DNA from: Macrostomum lignano
Taxonomy: Eukaryota
Length of the DNA: 57,145 bases
NCBI GenBank assembly: GCA_002269645.1
Contig: NIVC01002926.1
Location: 1 to 57,145 of the forward strand
Direction: 5' to 3'
In this document: positions 18,866 through 48,129 of the stretch, in pieces
Numbering within the stretch: position 1 is the first letter of the stretch
Layout of the letters: each line of letters opens with the position of its first letter
Notes under the pieces: generated by a model
Database searches by the model: none
Seen by the model: the letters and a program-made list of their open reading frames with translations, nothing else
What the model was told of the DNA's origin: nothing
Made by a program: the position numbers and the translations under genes

Positions 18866-21800
18866 ACTTAGATAAGGAAATTCACAGAATTTACCAGACA
18901 AGATTAAATTTCTGTCTCCTAAATCCAAATTTATCTATAGATCTATAAATGACAAAATAGTTACTTTAAAGTTTGCCTTTCCCTCCCCCGGAAGGTCGCT
19001 TTGTGTGCTTTCGTTATTTAATTTAGTTTAATTTGTTTTTTTGTTTTTTTAATGTCAGTTTATTAATTCATTTCTGATGATCGTTGTCTCTCTCTGCTTT
19101 CAGTGTGGTCGGTTTCAAATCGCAAGATCTTGGATGATAGTTTCTTTTCCGTTTTTTGTTTAAATTGTTTGCTTTTCCAGTGTCGCTTTTTTGTAGTTTT
19201 CATGGGATTGTAATATTCCTGATAATATTCACTTATGTCGGCTTATTATATAGTTAACTATCTTACTTTCTTTTAAACAGAACTTCAAATTTAGGTTTAA
19301 CAATAAAAATAATTCTGGTTTTGTTATTAAGAACTAATGTTAGATAATTTCAGGGACGGGTATGCTTGTCTAGCTACCTTGGAAGTGAATTTTCAGCTAG
19401 TTGTACTTTAATTTGAAACACGATCGTAGTTTCCATTTGAAACGTGTCAAGTTCTGCTGTTTTCGTATCATACTTTTCTCTGTATAAACTATAGTGTTCA
19501 CTATTAGCTAGTAATACTCCTCCAAATGTGTGAACTACACTATGCTGTTGTTAGGGTTTTTGTTTGGTCATAGTAAAACTTGTCTTTTTGTTCTCCTTTA
19601 AGCTGCTTAGTTATGCACACCATTCTCTATCTCCCAACTGTTGCTCTTTATGCGATGTTAATATTAAAACTTTACTGCTTTTACGTACAAAAGTAGTCTT
19701 AAAATGCTTTGTTTCAGTGCCCTCCTGCAGACTCCCTTCCAGAATGCGATTTTTGTTTTAATTAAATTGAAATATCCGGCTCTTTCTAAACTTCAATAAA
19801 TCTATATATCTGAAATGGCACTCGCATGCCGACATATATTTAATTTATGTATGGAATGCAGACTTGGTATAAATATATATGCTTTATAATACTATTCACC
19901 CTGTTTGCTAATATCCGATCCATAAAAACTTTAGTCTTTGTTTTCCGAACTCACTGTTTTGCTTACTAGGTAGAAATTTAAAAGAAATTTTAGCTAAATT
20001 CTAGCAGTATTCAAGAAGAAAGTTTCTTTTTTATCGGCGGCTAGACGTATGTATTTGCAAATAGTTGTAAAAAAGCGCCGCAAGTTACTTAGCGAGCAAT
20101 TAAGCTTGGTATAATATTTTTTAAATAATGGTAGCACTCTGTGCAATCAAAATACTTAAATTTTCCGGCTTGTATTGTACGTGTGTTTTGAAATTGGGTC
20201 AGCTGATTTAATCGAGCGCGATATTTAAACTTCCACGAAATCAAGTGCAATAAATTTTCCCTGACTTTCTTAGAACATCAGGGCATTTCTTAGGCCTGTA
20301 AGTGTGTGAATATTAAAGTAAACGGTAGTTTTTCAGTTCGATTGATCTGTAATCATAATTTATTTTCATTTAATTTTGTATCATTGGATTGAAATATTAG
20401 ATTCTAAGATTCAAGTTAGATTTAAATTTATATATTTTCTGGTCTCTACAATTCTGTGCACTATCTATCAATAAATGCTTGTGCAATCTATATTAGTTTG
20501 TATTTATGCAAAAAGCTCTCTCATGTTCAGTTAAATAAGGTATTTCATATATACTAAAAATTTTAACTGAGCATGAAAGTTTTTTATCCCAGAATTTATA
20601 TTCACACTTTACTGAAGTATACTCAATGTACAAATTTATAAAAACTTTAGTCTTTGTTTTCCGAACTCACTGTTTTGCTTACTAGGTAGAAATTTATAAG
20701 AAATTTTAGCTAAGTTTAGCTATGCCTACAGGTTTAAAGCCTGTCAATTTAGCCCATTTATGATATTGATAGTGATAGTATATTTATCATTATCAAATAT
20801 TCCATTTTAAAGCATTTTAATTATTATAAAAGTAGATTTTGTCTTTAGAAAAGTTTTAAATCAATAAATAATATATATATATATATATGTGATAGGTGAC
20901 GCTGATGGTATATACTTGTATATATATATATATCCAAATTACTAATAATAAGCTATCATTAGTAATAAAATTGATATATACCATTTAAACAATTAAGATA
21001 ATTAAATTAGGCCAAATTATACAATTTCCCTTTATATTAAAAAGTATTTAGCTGAGTATTTTTTTAGTTATATAGAATAATAGTGCCTTGAAGTTATATA
21101 TATTATATACATTTAAACACTATTAAATACTTTTTAAATACTTGTTCTTAAGCCTAATAAAGTCTTTATAGTACATAAATCATTACTTAATCTATACTAT
21201 AGACAAAATAACAAAATTAAATATTTCAGCATTTCATGATTTAAGTGTTTAGTCTAGATTCAAAGTCTTTATATATCCAATTTATGCTTCTTGTAATTAT
21301 TATATTAATTATTAATTAATAATTATTATATAATTATTAGTTATATATATATATATATAACTCTTATAAAAATGAAAAATAAAAAATGATGAAAAGCTCC
21401 CCTCCCTAGATCTTATTATTATAAACCTCATAATAGAGCTTTTATGGACTAAATGAATACAAATTCAAGTTCTATTACTTTTTGAGACTTCAAATATGCC
21501 TAGTTTTGTTCTTTTAAAATTTTCCTAATATTTTAAGTATAATTTTTGCATGAATATTTAAGTAGTATTTTAAATTTTAAATATTATTAATTCTTTATCA
21601 AGAATATAGGCTTTGCTTCTTATAGGAGTGCACATTCCTCTGTATTTTGTTTTTTCATAATTAATAAATGCTAGTTGTTCTTCTGCAAAAGTTGAGAACT
21701 ATTTTTAATTGCAAATTTGTCATTGCTAGCCAACTATTACAAAGTCCAATCCAATCCAAAGATAATAAAATTGACAGTCTAAAAAGAGAAAAGATAAGAA

Positions 21801-22059
21801 AGAAAATACATAAAATCCAAGATAGATAATAGGAAAAAGAAAAATAGAAAGTGCAGTACAAAGAAACAAAAAGAGAAAAGGAAAAACAAAAAGAGAAACA
21901 AAAACAAAGTAACAAAGGCAGCAAACTAAGTTGCACAAGGATTGGGTGAGTCACAAAACGAAGTCACACAGCTGGTATGACTTCATAGGTCATATATGCA
22001 TGTTTTATTGCAATTGCACTTTTCAACCAAAGATTTCTATCTACCAAAAAAGTTCTCAA

Positions 22060-22119
22060 AGCTCTGGCTCGCGGCTGCTCATTATTTGGCCCACTTTCTA
22101 AAAAGTTTGCCCACCCCTG
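22060..22119. mobile_element. Solo relic end of a hAT/Charlie-like transposon
   Basis: AAGTTTGCCCACCCCTG is the reverse complement of CAGGGGTGGGCAAACTT, a typical Charlie-type terminus. I found no partner end. Confidence 0.4.
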
Positions 22120-22984
22120 GCTAATCGAAGATATTCGCACTGGATACAGACAGTCTCCAGCTGGGTAGGTAGGTGGTTGGGCCGACACTTGAGGCTTCCT
22201 CTTTCTCATCGATCTTGTGCCTCACTCAACAGACCCTCCCTCATCACTCGCGATGCACTCTAGTGACATTCAGCGGTCTCGGCTGGGGGGGGGGCACTCA
22301 GGCAGACTGGGACTGCCACTGGGAGGCAACTATTTAAATGAATGAATCTATCTCTGTGTACACTTGACGGATTTGATTCGTGTCTAATCTGCCTCGGCTC
22401 GGCTCTCTTCCCCTCTCCCTCTCTTCAACTGCACGCCTCGCTCCTAGTCCTGCCCAACCCTGACAGTTTGTTTCAGTTCCAATCACGCCATGCGGCCGCT
22501 TCGGGAATTCGGATGGTTCCTCACTTTTTAATTGGCTGCTGCCCGATCAGCCACATTCGAGCGTTCTTGCTTTCTTCTTCCTGCGCCGCGGCCTCTACTC
22601 TTTTAGCTGAGCCAGTAGGTTGCTGAAAGCGCACTGGCTGCTGGGCCACTCCTTCTACCTTCCTCTCTCCCTGCTCTCCCCCTTCCCCGTCTCCTGTCAA
22701 CTTCCAACCAGGGACCAGCTGCTTATAAAATCTGTTTGAGGCTCCTCCGTATTTGTTTGGGCGGGCCTAAAACTAGCTTTCTACAGTTCTAATAAGTGGC
22801 TTATGTGACCTAGGCTATTTTAGTTTTCGAAGATAGCAGAGAAAAAACTATTTTAACCGACTTTAAATATAACCTGCGAAGAAAAGGTAAAAAACAACAT
22901 TTACTTTGTACTTATTTCATTACTTTCTTGTAAATCTGGTTAAATGAAGGTTTATTAGTCTCTAGGCGCTTCAATTCCTTGCTA

Positions 22985-23760
<776 letters not shown>

Positions 23761-23813
23761 GCTGTCAATCTACAGCAACTAGCATCGTCTGTGCCGCCGC
23801 TAACATTTGCAGC

Positions 23814-39025
<15,212 letters not shown>

Positions 39026-40369
39026 GGATGGCTAATGTTGATGACTACCGATATGTATCGATATCAATATTTATTTAGGCTGTATCTTAGCTAGCGTGCA
39101 ACCAGCGTGTTTAGAGAATGATCATAAACTGTTTTTGGAATTAATAAGTAAAATATTAATATTTCGATACCTAGATTTCATGCTCACCGATTCGAATAAA
39201 AAGTATACACAAGCGTATATTCAGCTCTAACAGCCGATATTTAGCGAACTGTTTAATTTTCCTATATTAAGCTAGTGTAGTTACAAACTAGAATATGCTT
39301 TGTAGGGAGTTTTGTTTGCTTTCTACTTATCTTATTCATTTATTTATGTGCATGTACTCGTTCCTACAGATATCCCTAGCCCTGTTTTTTCATTTGTCAT
39401 TCGTCAATAAAATTTGAACTCGTGCCATATCGATTTTTTTATTCTTATAATCGAGGAAGTCGTTTTAATAACTGTAAATAGTTTTGGCGCGAATTCAAGT
39501 TTTTTTGGCAACTGTCATAGCTGCACTAAAATTCAGTTTACATTAATTTTTGTTTTTTTACTAAAATTGCTTTTATTCTTTGTTTAAGTACCTTGATGCA
39601 GTTTTTTGTGTTAATAAATGTCAATTTCCTTTGGTTTTATAATTCATTTTTTGTTTAAACGGTTTTCCCGCGAATTCATGGCTTCTTTGTAAATTTTATC
39701 CAGCCGTTTTTTTGCTATATCCACTGCTTATTCTATTAAACTGTTTAGAAGGTGTACATTTTTGTTTAATGTATTTTTTAATCATCCATTTTGTTGTTTT
39801 CCGGCATTATTTGTTTTACTGTTTTTGTAACTATTCATTTTTAACGAAGAGTTTTTCGCTTTAAAAAATCTCCCTTAGTTTTTTCGCTGGCATTTTATTG
39901 AATCTAATTCTTCAATGTATCTTTTCAAAAATATGGATTTTCATCGATCGTCCTGCTTTTGTATAAACAGACAAATTTCAGTCCTTATGCTTGTTGTCTT
40001 AATTTCTTTTTTTCTTATCTCTTCCGTTAACTTTTTTATTTTGAACCCCACCGCAGCACTTTCCATATTCGAGACTAAGTTTGGACTTTTGTGGTAAATA
40101 TTCGGTGTTAATATCTGATTTATTGCCTGCTGTGTTTTCTCATTTTAATGCTTCTCTGTTAATAACTTTTTTCATAAGACTGTTTTAATCATAATAACCT
40201 TTATATATATAAGTTCGGATTGTTATACATATATATATATATATGTACTGCTTCTAAACGGTACGCCCTGTGCAGATTTGTTTTTTTAATGTTTCTTCAT
40301 GATTTTGCCTGCCAGAACACCTGTTCAAGCAATTGACAAATTGTGTTCTAGATAAATCAGCCACCTAGC

Positions 40370-40660
40370 CCACGTCCCGCACCCACCCCCACGCCCCGCA
40401 CCCACCCCACGCCCCGCACCCACCCCACGCCCCGCACCAACCATACGCCCCATGCCCACCCACACGCCCCGCACCCACCCCACGCCCCGCACCAACCATA
40501 CGCCCATGCCCACCCACACGCCCCGCACCCACCCCACGCCCCGCACCAACCATACGCCCCATGCCCACCCACACGCCCCGCACCCACCCCACGCCCGCAC
40601 CCACCTCCATGCCCAGCACCCACCTCCATGCCCCGCACCCACCTCACGCCCCGCACCCAC
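40370..40660. repeat. C-rich 18-bp-based minisatellite (ACCCACCCCACGCCCCGC)
   Basis: Read directly; the minus strand has dense G-runs. Confidence 0.9.
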
Positions 40661-41621
40661 TCCACTCCGCAGTAATCTCACTTCCTTCACCGATAGCTTT
40701 TCATTTTGTAGAAAATCTGTAAACAATGACCCATATTGTTTTGAGTTCTAGTTCTTATTGCAGATTTGTTTTAGTTGTTTCAATACGATGCAATGAAAAC
40801 TGTTCTTTCAAGTCTTTATTCTCCAGTTTGGTACAAAGTAGATCCTAAGCGTGATCGAATAATATACTGAAAATTTTCATTATATTATTTGGTTTGAATT
40901 ACTGCAATCCTGCAAATAATTGTGAGCACACTTGCATAACTTGCTGGTAACATGTATTGTATTTTATGCTTGACTTGCTGCTGAAATATTATTGCAGTTT
41001 CATATTAATTTGTGTGAGCGCTTTTTAGATTTTCCGTTTTTGTGTTCCGTTGATTTTTTACTTATAGTTCACATTATTATTATTGTCTGACTCACAAGTT
41101 TTTATGTTTTAGTCCGAATTACACTACTTGTGTAAGTAGCAAAGCTGTAATGTGTGGCTTGTAAGTTTTGTTTTTATTATATACAAGGTAACTATATCGG
41201 TTTGTAGTAGTTGCTGGATGTTTGCTCTGTGTGAGCTAATAAATAATAAACAATAAAATAATGCAGAGCTAGTAAAGTGAAGTTTTAATTTATTTGTTCG
41301 TTTATTATTATTACTTTTTTAATATAGTGGGTTAGTTACGTATACATTGTATTGACTATTGATATAAATTGAAATATGAACTGTATACTTGATATCAGCT
41401 AATGACAGTTTCATCATTGCAGGATAACAGACAGAGAAAAATAAATTTAGTTTGTTCAATTTTTAAAACAACTTCTACCAACAGCTGTGTTATAATAGGG
41501 ACTAGACTAGAATAACACCGTGAGTTTATTTCTGATCAGTTCACCAGAACAATAAAAATGGCGTAGTTTTGTCTCATGAGACGGCTCACAAGTGCTTGAA
41601 GATGCAGCAATTATTCATAAA

Positions 41622-43306
41622 TTATCTACGACTGAAAATCAGCCGATAATCTCCGGGCACTCGCAGTGATCCCATGTGTCCCCTGAGGATGTCGTCCTTC
41701 TTTGCCGCACTCTCCGGCTCCGGCCGCACCCGGTACCGCTGCATGATGGCCGTGAAGAACAGGAAAATCTCCATTCGCGCCAGAGACTCGCCAACGCAAG
41801 AGCGCCGACCAATCAGGAACGGGATGAGGTACGGACTGCTCCGGTAGCGACCTTTGTTGTCGAGAAAGTGCTCAGGGTAGAACTCGTTCGGTCTCTCCCA
41901 GTACTCGGCTCGGTGGTGGACGCCGTAAACCAGTGGGATGATGATCGCATCGCTCGGGATTCGGTAGCCGTGGAAGGTTGCGTCTTCCACTGAGCGATGG
42001 AAAACTCCGATGGCAGCCAGCGAGGCTTTTCTGTAGGTCTCGTCGATGACAGCGCTGGTGTAGTGCAGTTCTGTCCTGTCCTGCATCCGTGGACGCCTCG
42101 ATTGACCGACGACGGAGTCGAGCTCGTTCTGGACTCGGTCCTGCACCTCCGGATAGAAGGCCATGTAGAGCAGCAGCCACTCCATCGATCGGGCGGTCGT
42201 GTCAGTGCCGGCCAGGTAGAACTCGAAGCACACTCGGATGAGCTGGAACTCCTTGAACGTCTCAAAGTCGCCAGCCTTCTCAGCCTTGCGCTTCTCCTGT
42301 TGTAAAATTTACGAAATGGTTTAGCACTAATTGGTTTACTTTTATACTAGTGCTGGTCTTCGGACCAAATTCTAAATTCTTCCAGCGGTCTCACCTGGAT
42401 GTACGCATCGCACAGGCAGGTGGGCTGCACATCGGACCCAGCCGGCATCGCCGCCTCCCGCAGTCGGATCTGCTGGCGAAAGAACTCGTTCAGGTATTCG
42501 ACATCGCGAAACACCCGCGTAGACATCGGTATGATGTCCAGCAGCTTCTCGGCGGCCGGGAACAGAAAGCAGGCGGTCTCGGAGATGCCCGACTCCAGCG
42601 TGGCCGCGATCAGGCTGGTCACCTTCTTGAAGTCGGGATCGTCGCGGTGAAACCGCCTGCCAAGCGTCATCTCGGTGATGACGGAATTCACGGCCAGCAG
42701 AAATGTGTCCAGAGTTTTCACCGGCTGCGCAGCCTCCGCTGCCTCGTCCAGCTGCTGCAGCAGCGGCTCCAGCTGGTCCTCGATCATGCCAACCGCCTTG
42801 GAGCCGGAGAACCCGATCTCACGCAGGGTCCTCAAACTCAGTCGTCTCTGATGGCACCAGACTTTGCCTTCGACTAGAAATATGCCACAGTTCCTGGTCA
42901 TCTTCTCAAACAGGCGCAGTCTTGGCCTGCCCGCAAACACCGGGTCGTCCAGCATCTCCTTCATCAGCGGATAGGAGTTCACTACCACAAACAGTCGGCC
43001 GCCCAGATAGAACGAGCACAAGTCGCCGTACTTCTGGCATTCCTTCTGCATCGTCAGGTGCAGGCACAGGGCGTCGGCCCAGGGCAGTCGCCCCAGCAGC
43101 GGCACCCCGACAGGCCCGGGCGGCAGGTCGCGAGCTCGCCTCCAGCTGCAGTAGGCTGCGTAGGCGGCGGCGGCGGCTGCCACGGCTACCATCGCCGTAG
43201 CTGCCGAGCACATTGTCGAACTGCTGGACGTCGAACTCGAAGCCAAGCCGGTGACCGCCAGCGTCCAGTGCAGCCAGTCGGTGAACAGTTGGCGATGCGG
43301 TTGCAT
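41622..43306 (-). CDS. Cytochrome P450, CYP2 clan, copy 1 (2 exons)
   Basis: Exons 43306-42395 and 42296-41622, with a phase-0 GT-AG intron. Motifs: PPGP hinge, WxxxR, AGTDTT, ETYR, PEHF and heme loop FLIGRRSCVG. The start may be a downstream Met. Confidence 0.93.
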
Positions 43307-43879
43307 TGCAGTTTGGCTTATGTAGGCTGTCTTATTAGATGGCGAACAGACGAAGGCGTAAAGGGAGCGGTTACTGTCTAGCGGAGCGGCGCTTGTCCTT
43401 CATTAGATAGTCCTCGGGTTAAGGGGGGGGGGGGAGACTCCCAGCCAACCGGGTGTGTGTCTGCGGGTGGCCAGTTGTGCCTTAGCTTTTTAGCCAATTG
43501 TGTTTGCCAAAGAAAGCTCTCGACAGGGTGCTATTTTTATATCTGCGTCTGTCTAACCGCGCTTACGCAGCGAGTATTTGCGCATTGCTGCTGCATGGGT
43601 TCGTCAAGTTTATTCACACAAGCTCAGGGCGCAAATACCGCAGACAAGAAATGGAAGAATCCATGCCGAAATTTAATTTGTTTCCCAAAACGATTCTGAA
43701 TTAGACTAGACAATGTAACCTTGTAGAGTGCGACTGCAGCGGAGTATAGTGTAAAAAACAGTCAATATTTTTAATCGCGTGATCTTAGTTTCTTAAATAA
43801 TTTGTTTCCATTTAAATGAGACGGTACGGCAACTAGAGTTCAGTCTGGATCATTTTGCTAAAAACCGCTCATTGACCCC

Positions 43880-44680
43880 TAGAAAAGCCACTAAATGACT
43901 ACTAGAAAAGCCACTAAATGACTACTAAAAAAGCCACTGAATGACTACTAGAAAAGCCACTAATTGACTACTAGAAAAGCCACTAATTGACTACTAGAAA
44001 AGCCACTGAATGACTACTAGAAAAGCCACTAATTGACTACTAGAAAAGCCACTAATTGACTACTAGAAAAGCCACTAATTGACTACTAGAAAAGCCACTA
44101 ATTGACTACTAGAAAAGCCACTAATTGACTACTAGAAAAGCCACTAATTGACTACTAGAAAAGCCACTAAATGACTACTAGAAAAGCCACTGAATGACTA
44201 CTAGAAAAGCCACTAATTGACTACTAGAAAAGCCACTAAATGACTACTAGAAAAGCCACTGAATGACTACTAGAAAAGCCACTAATTGACTACTAGAAAA
44301 GCCACTAAATGACTACTAGAAAAGCCACTGAATGACTATTAGAAAAGCCACTAATTGACTACTAGAAAAGCCACTAATTGACTACTAGAAAAGCCACTAA
44401 TTGACTACTAGAAAAGCCACTAATTGACTACTAGAAAAGCCACTGAATGACTACTAGAAAAGCCACTAATTGACTACTAGAAAAGCCACTAAATGACTAC
44501 TAGAAAAGCCACTGAATGACTACTAGAAAAGCCACTAATTGACTACTAGAAAAGCCACTAATTGACTACTAGAAAAGCCACTAATTGACTACTAGAAAAG
44601 CCACTAATTGACTACTAGAAAAGCCACTAAATGACTACTAGAAAAGCCACTAATTGACTACTAGAATAGCCACTACATGT
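43880..44680. repeat. 23-bp minisatellite GACTACTAGAAAAGCCACTAATT
   Basis: Read directly. Confidence 0.96.
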
Positions 44681-46204
44681 AATTGACTAGGAGCTTGACT
44701 TGGCTAAAAAGCCCCTAGAAGCTTGTTATAAAAATCAATGAAAAATCGTCAGAAAGCACAACATTTCCAAACGAATACTAGCAATAACTTGCTGTCTGAG
44801 GCCAATACCGTCCTCTAGTACAGACAACAGAATTCTTGTGTCTCTAGACCCTGAATTCGTGGCTTTTTGACCTTATACCTATTTATCCCATTCAACACCA
44901 TCACCACTGAAAGCCAGTCCAGTAGGCTTACTAATTTAAGGTTTAAGGTCAGACGGCTTGACCCAAGGTACGAGCAATATCATATACGAAATCCGCTTTG
45001 CTGTACAAACGTACGGCACAGCCCGGAGCCTCGTTACTTCACTGTGAGCTTCACCCTGCCCTAACTCTTCCCCCTTAGTGGAAAGGAGGTTGTTCCCTCC
45101 TGAAAGAGGCCGCCTGCGAGTTCGCGCGCACTTTTTAATCATTTTTCATTTTCTGCTACAGGCATAGGCTTTCTTTTTCTAAAACCAGCTGTGTATAACA
45201 AAATCTGCGCAATATTATTAATCCCTGCAGATTCAGTAGAAACTGAGATTTTTCACAGTTGTGAAATTTCATAACTCCAACAATTTACACTCGACATCAC
45301 AATTCCCAAGCTTCACAACTTCCATTTCTGATCTAAGTTGGTAACCCGTCTCAAAAGTAAAATGATCTTGAATTGAGCACTTGGAGGAAATTTGAGCAGT
45401 GCATAAGTTCGAGAGGCAAAAGGGCAACAGGTTCAGACGAGTCGCCTAAGTGCAAAAGGCTAAAAATGATATGCAAAGTGAACTTTTGGGGCAGTTGTCA
45501 GACACTTGAACTCGGCTCGCCCCTCCGCCAGTCGCGTCATGTCAATAACCATGGAACGAGAAGGATTCAGCTCTCCTCTTTCCTCTCCCTCTCTCTGTCT
45601 TTCTTTCTTACCCAGACTTCTCTATATACTCCTCAAGCGCATTTTAAATACTTCAGTATAATATTGTACGTACTCGAACTCTGAGTCATGGAGTACTAAA
45701 ACATAGTCCATCTTGATTTATAGTAACTACTTGCAGAAACATTTTCCCAAGATCTATCTGCAACATAAGCAACAACAACCACAACAATAACAACTAACAA
45801 AACAAAAACCAACAACGAATGTGCACCTATTTCCGCCCACCGGCTGCCTGCAGCGTCATCAGCAGCACCTCTTATACCTTGGGTTGCTGTATTGTTTAAT
45901 AGCTAAGCTAAATTCCATGCTAATAGAAATAGTTTTCGCATTCCATGGCTGTTTAGTTTGTCGAAGCGAGAGAGACAGGTAGAGAGAGACAGAGAGGCTT
46001 AGATGAGCTAGTTAGAAAGCACTTGCTTTTATTAAAGTACGCTTGGACTTATCCAGGGCTGTCTTTTTAACTGTCCCCGCCTTGCAGAGGTGTAGTGTGA
46101 GCTTGTGACATAGAAGAAGCAAGATAGAGTAGCTGGTATTCATATGAAATTACACAGAATGACATGCGAGTAGTTGTTATGAACGGCAGACACAAGAGGT
46201 CACA

Positions 46205-47120
46205 AGACCTAAAATACGAGTTCAGTGGTCCAGATGCCAGGTTACACTTGTCACTAAGCCTAAAATATGAGTTCAATTGTCCAGATGCCAAGTTACACTG
46301 GTCACTAAGCCTAAAATATGAGTTCAGTGGTCCAGATGCCAGGTTACACTGGTCACTAAGCCTAAAATACGAGTTCAGTGGTCCAGATGCCAGGTTACAC
46401 TTGTCACTAAGCCTAAATACGAGTTCAGTGGTCCAGATGCCAAGTTACACTGGTCACTAAGCCTAAAATACGAGTTCAGTGGACCAGATGCCAAGTTACA
46501 CTGGTCACTAAGCCCAAAATACGAGTTCAGTTGTCCAGATGTCAAGTTACACTTGTCACTAAGCCTAAAATATGAGTTCAATTGTCCAGATGCCAAGTTA
46601 CACTGGTCACTAAGCCTAAAATATGAGTTCAGTGGTCCAGATGCCAGGTTTACACTGGTCACTAAGCCTAAAATACGAGTTCAGTGGTCCAGATGCCAAG
46701 TTACACTGGTCACTAAGCCTAAAATACGAGTTCAATTGTCCAGATGTCAAGTTACACTGGTCACTAAGGCTAAAATACGAGTTCAATTGTCCAGATGCTA
46801 AGTTACACTGGTCACTAAGCCTAAAATATGAGTTCAGTTGTCCAGATGCCAAGTTACACTGGTCACTAAGCCCAAAATACGAGTTCAGTTGTCCAGATGT
46901 CAAGTTACACTGGTCACTAAGCCTAAAATATGAGTTCAGTGGTCCAGATGCCAGGTTTACACTGGTCACTAAGCCCAAAATACGAGTTCAGTTGTCCAGA
47001 TGCCAAGTTACACTGGTCACTAAGCCTAAAATATGAGTTCAGTTGTCCAGATGCCAAGTTACACTGGTCACTAAGCCTAAAATATGAGTTTAGTGGTCCA
47101 GATGCCAGGTTACACTTGTC
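46205..47120. repeat. 51-bp minisatellite TCACTAAGCCTAAAATACGAGTTCAGTGGTCCAGATGCCAAGTTACACTGG
   Basis: Read directly. Confidence 0.95.
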
Positions 47121-48129
47121 ACTAAATAAAATTACAAAGTGATAATTAGCAGGGTTTGTCTGCGTCTGTCGTAAGAGTATAGTTATAATCTGTGCTTATT
47201 AGTACCAATAAAAAAATAATTAGCCATTTCATACCATATCACATGTTTTAGAGCTACAATTAGGAGCTTTCATGCCAGTATGAAGACTTTTCTAAGAAAT
47301 TATATGGGTGCAATTACAGGCTTTAAGTAAATAGCCATTGAAGAAGACCCGTGGATTCAGTTGCGCTGACCTTCCAGGGTCCACATGCGTTGAGTCATTG
47401 AGTCTAGCTGTAGTTTTCTTGCAGAATTGCGAACCTGTCATTTAGGTATTTTTGAGAGTTGATAGTTTTGAGACCTGAATAATGCCCCACCCTTTAGTGC
47501 ACTTAAGCCGCACTGCATTGTAAATTGAGAGGCGAGGGTGAAGGAGACGACCCAGGGTAAAACCCCTGTCACTAATTCTCTGCATAACACCTATTATACT
47601 CTGCTGCCAAAGCATTCGTAGTATGCCCTGAATTCTCTCTCTCACGCGGCCCCGCAAGGCCAGTTCACTGCTCTCTGCATGCTAGAAAGCTAACTAACTG
47701 CAAGCGGTGCAGGGTCACGCCCGATACAAATCCGGTACAGAATCAGTTTTTAGACCTCTGGGGTGGGGTGGGGGAGGGGCGGGTGCTACAGGTCGGGCCC
47801 TCAGTAAACAATGGTTGCAGTGTTTCTCACCTTTTGGGAAGCTGTTTACTGCGGTGAGAGAAACCAGCTGCGCCGGGCTTTTATGTGGTTTTTAGGGGCT
47901 TTTTTACGGCAGAGCTAGTCTACACTTTTCTGAACTCGGTGACCTCTGCATTTGGAGCTGTGGAGCCTGTGGCTATGAGGGGGAGATTATTTAGTGCAAA
48001 TGGCACGGAATCAGAGCTTGCACTTTTGCATTTGCATTTGCACTTAAAATACGACACTTTCTTCTGGCATGAAATGAGAGCAAATTTATTCGCGATTCAA
48101 ACAGAGTTTTCGCGATTGATTCAAATAAA

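Noticed and set aside
22300-22770. Possible promoter of the SOCS-box gene (ATTGG, TATAAAA, GGGCGGG)
   Set aside because: These short motifs are expected by chance, and there is no TSS evidence.
42195-42215. AGTDTT instead of AGTETT in the CYP I-helix
   Set aside because: Asp in the acid-alcohol pair is a common P450 variant.
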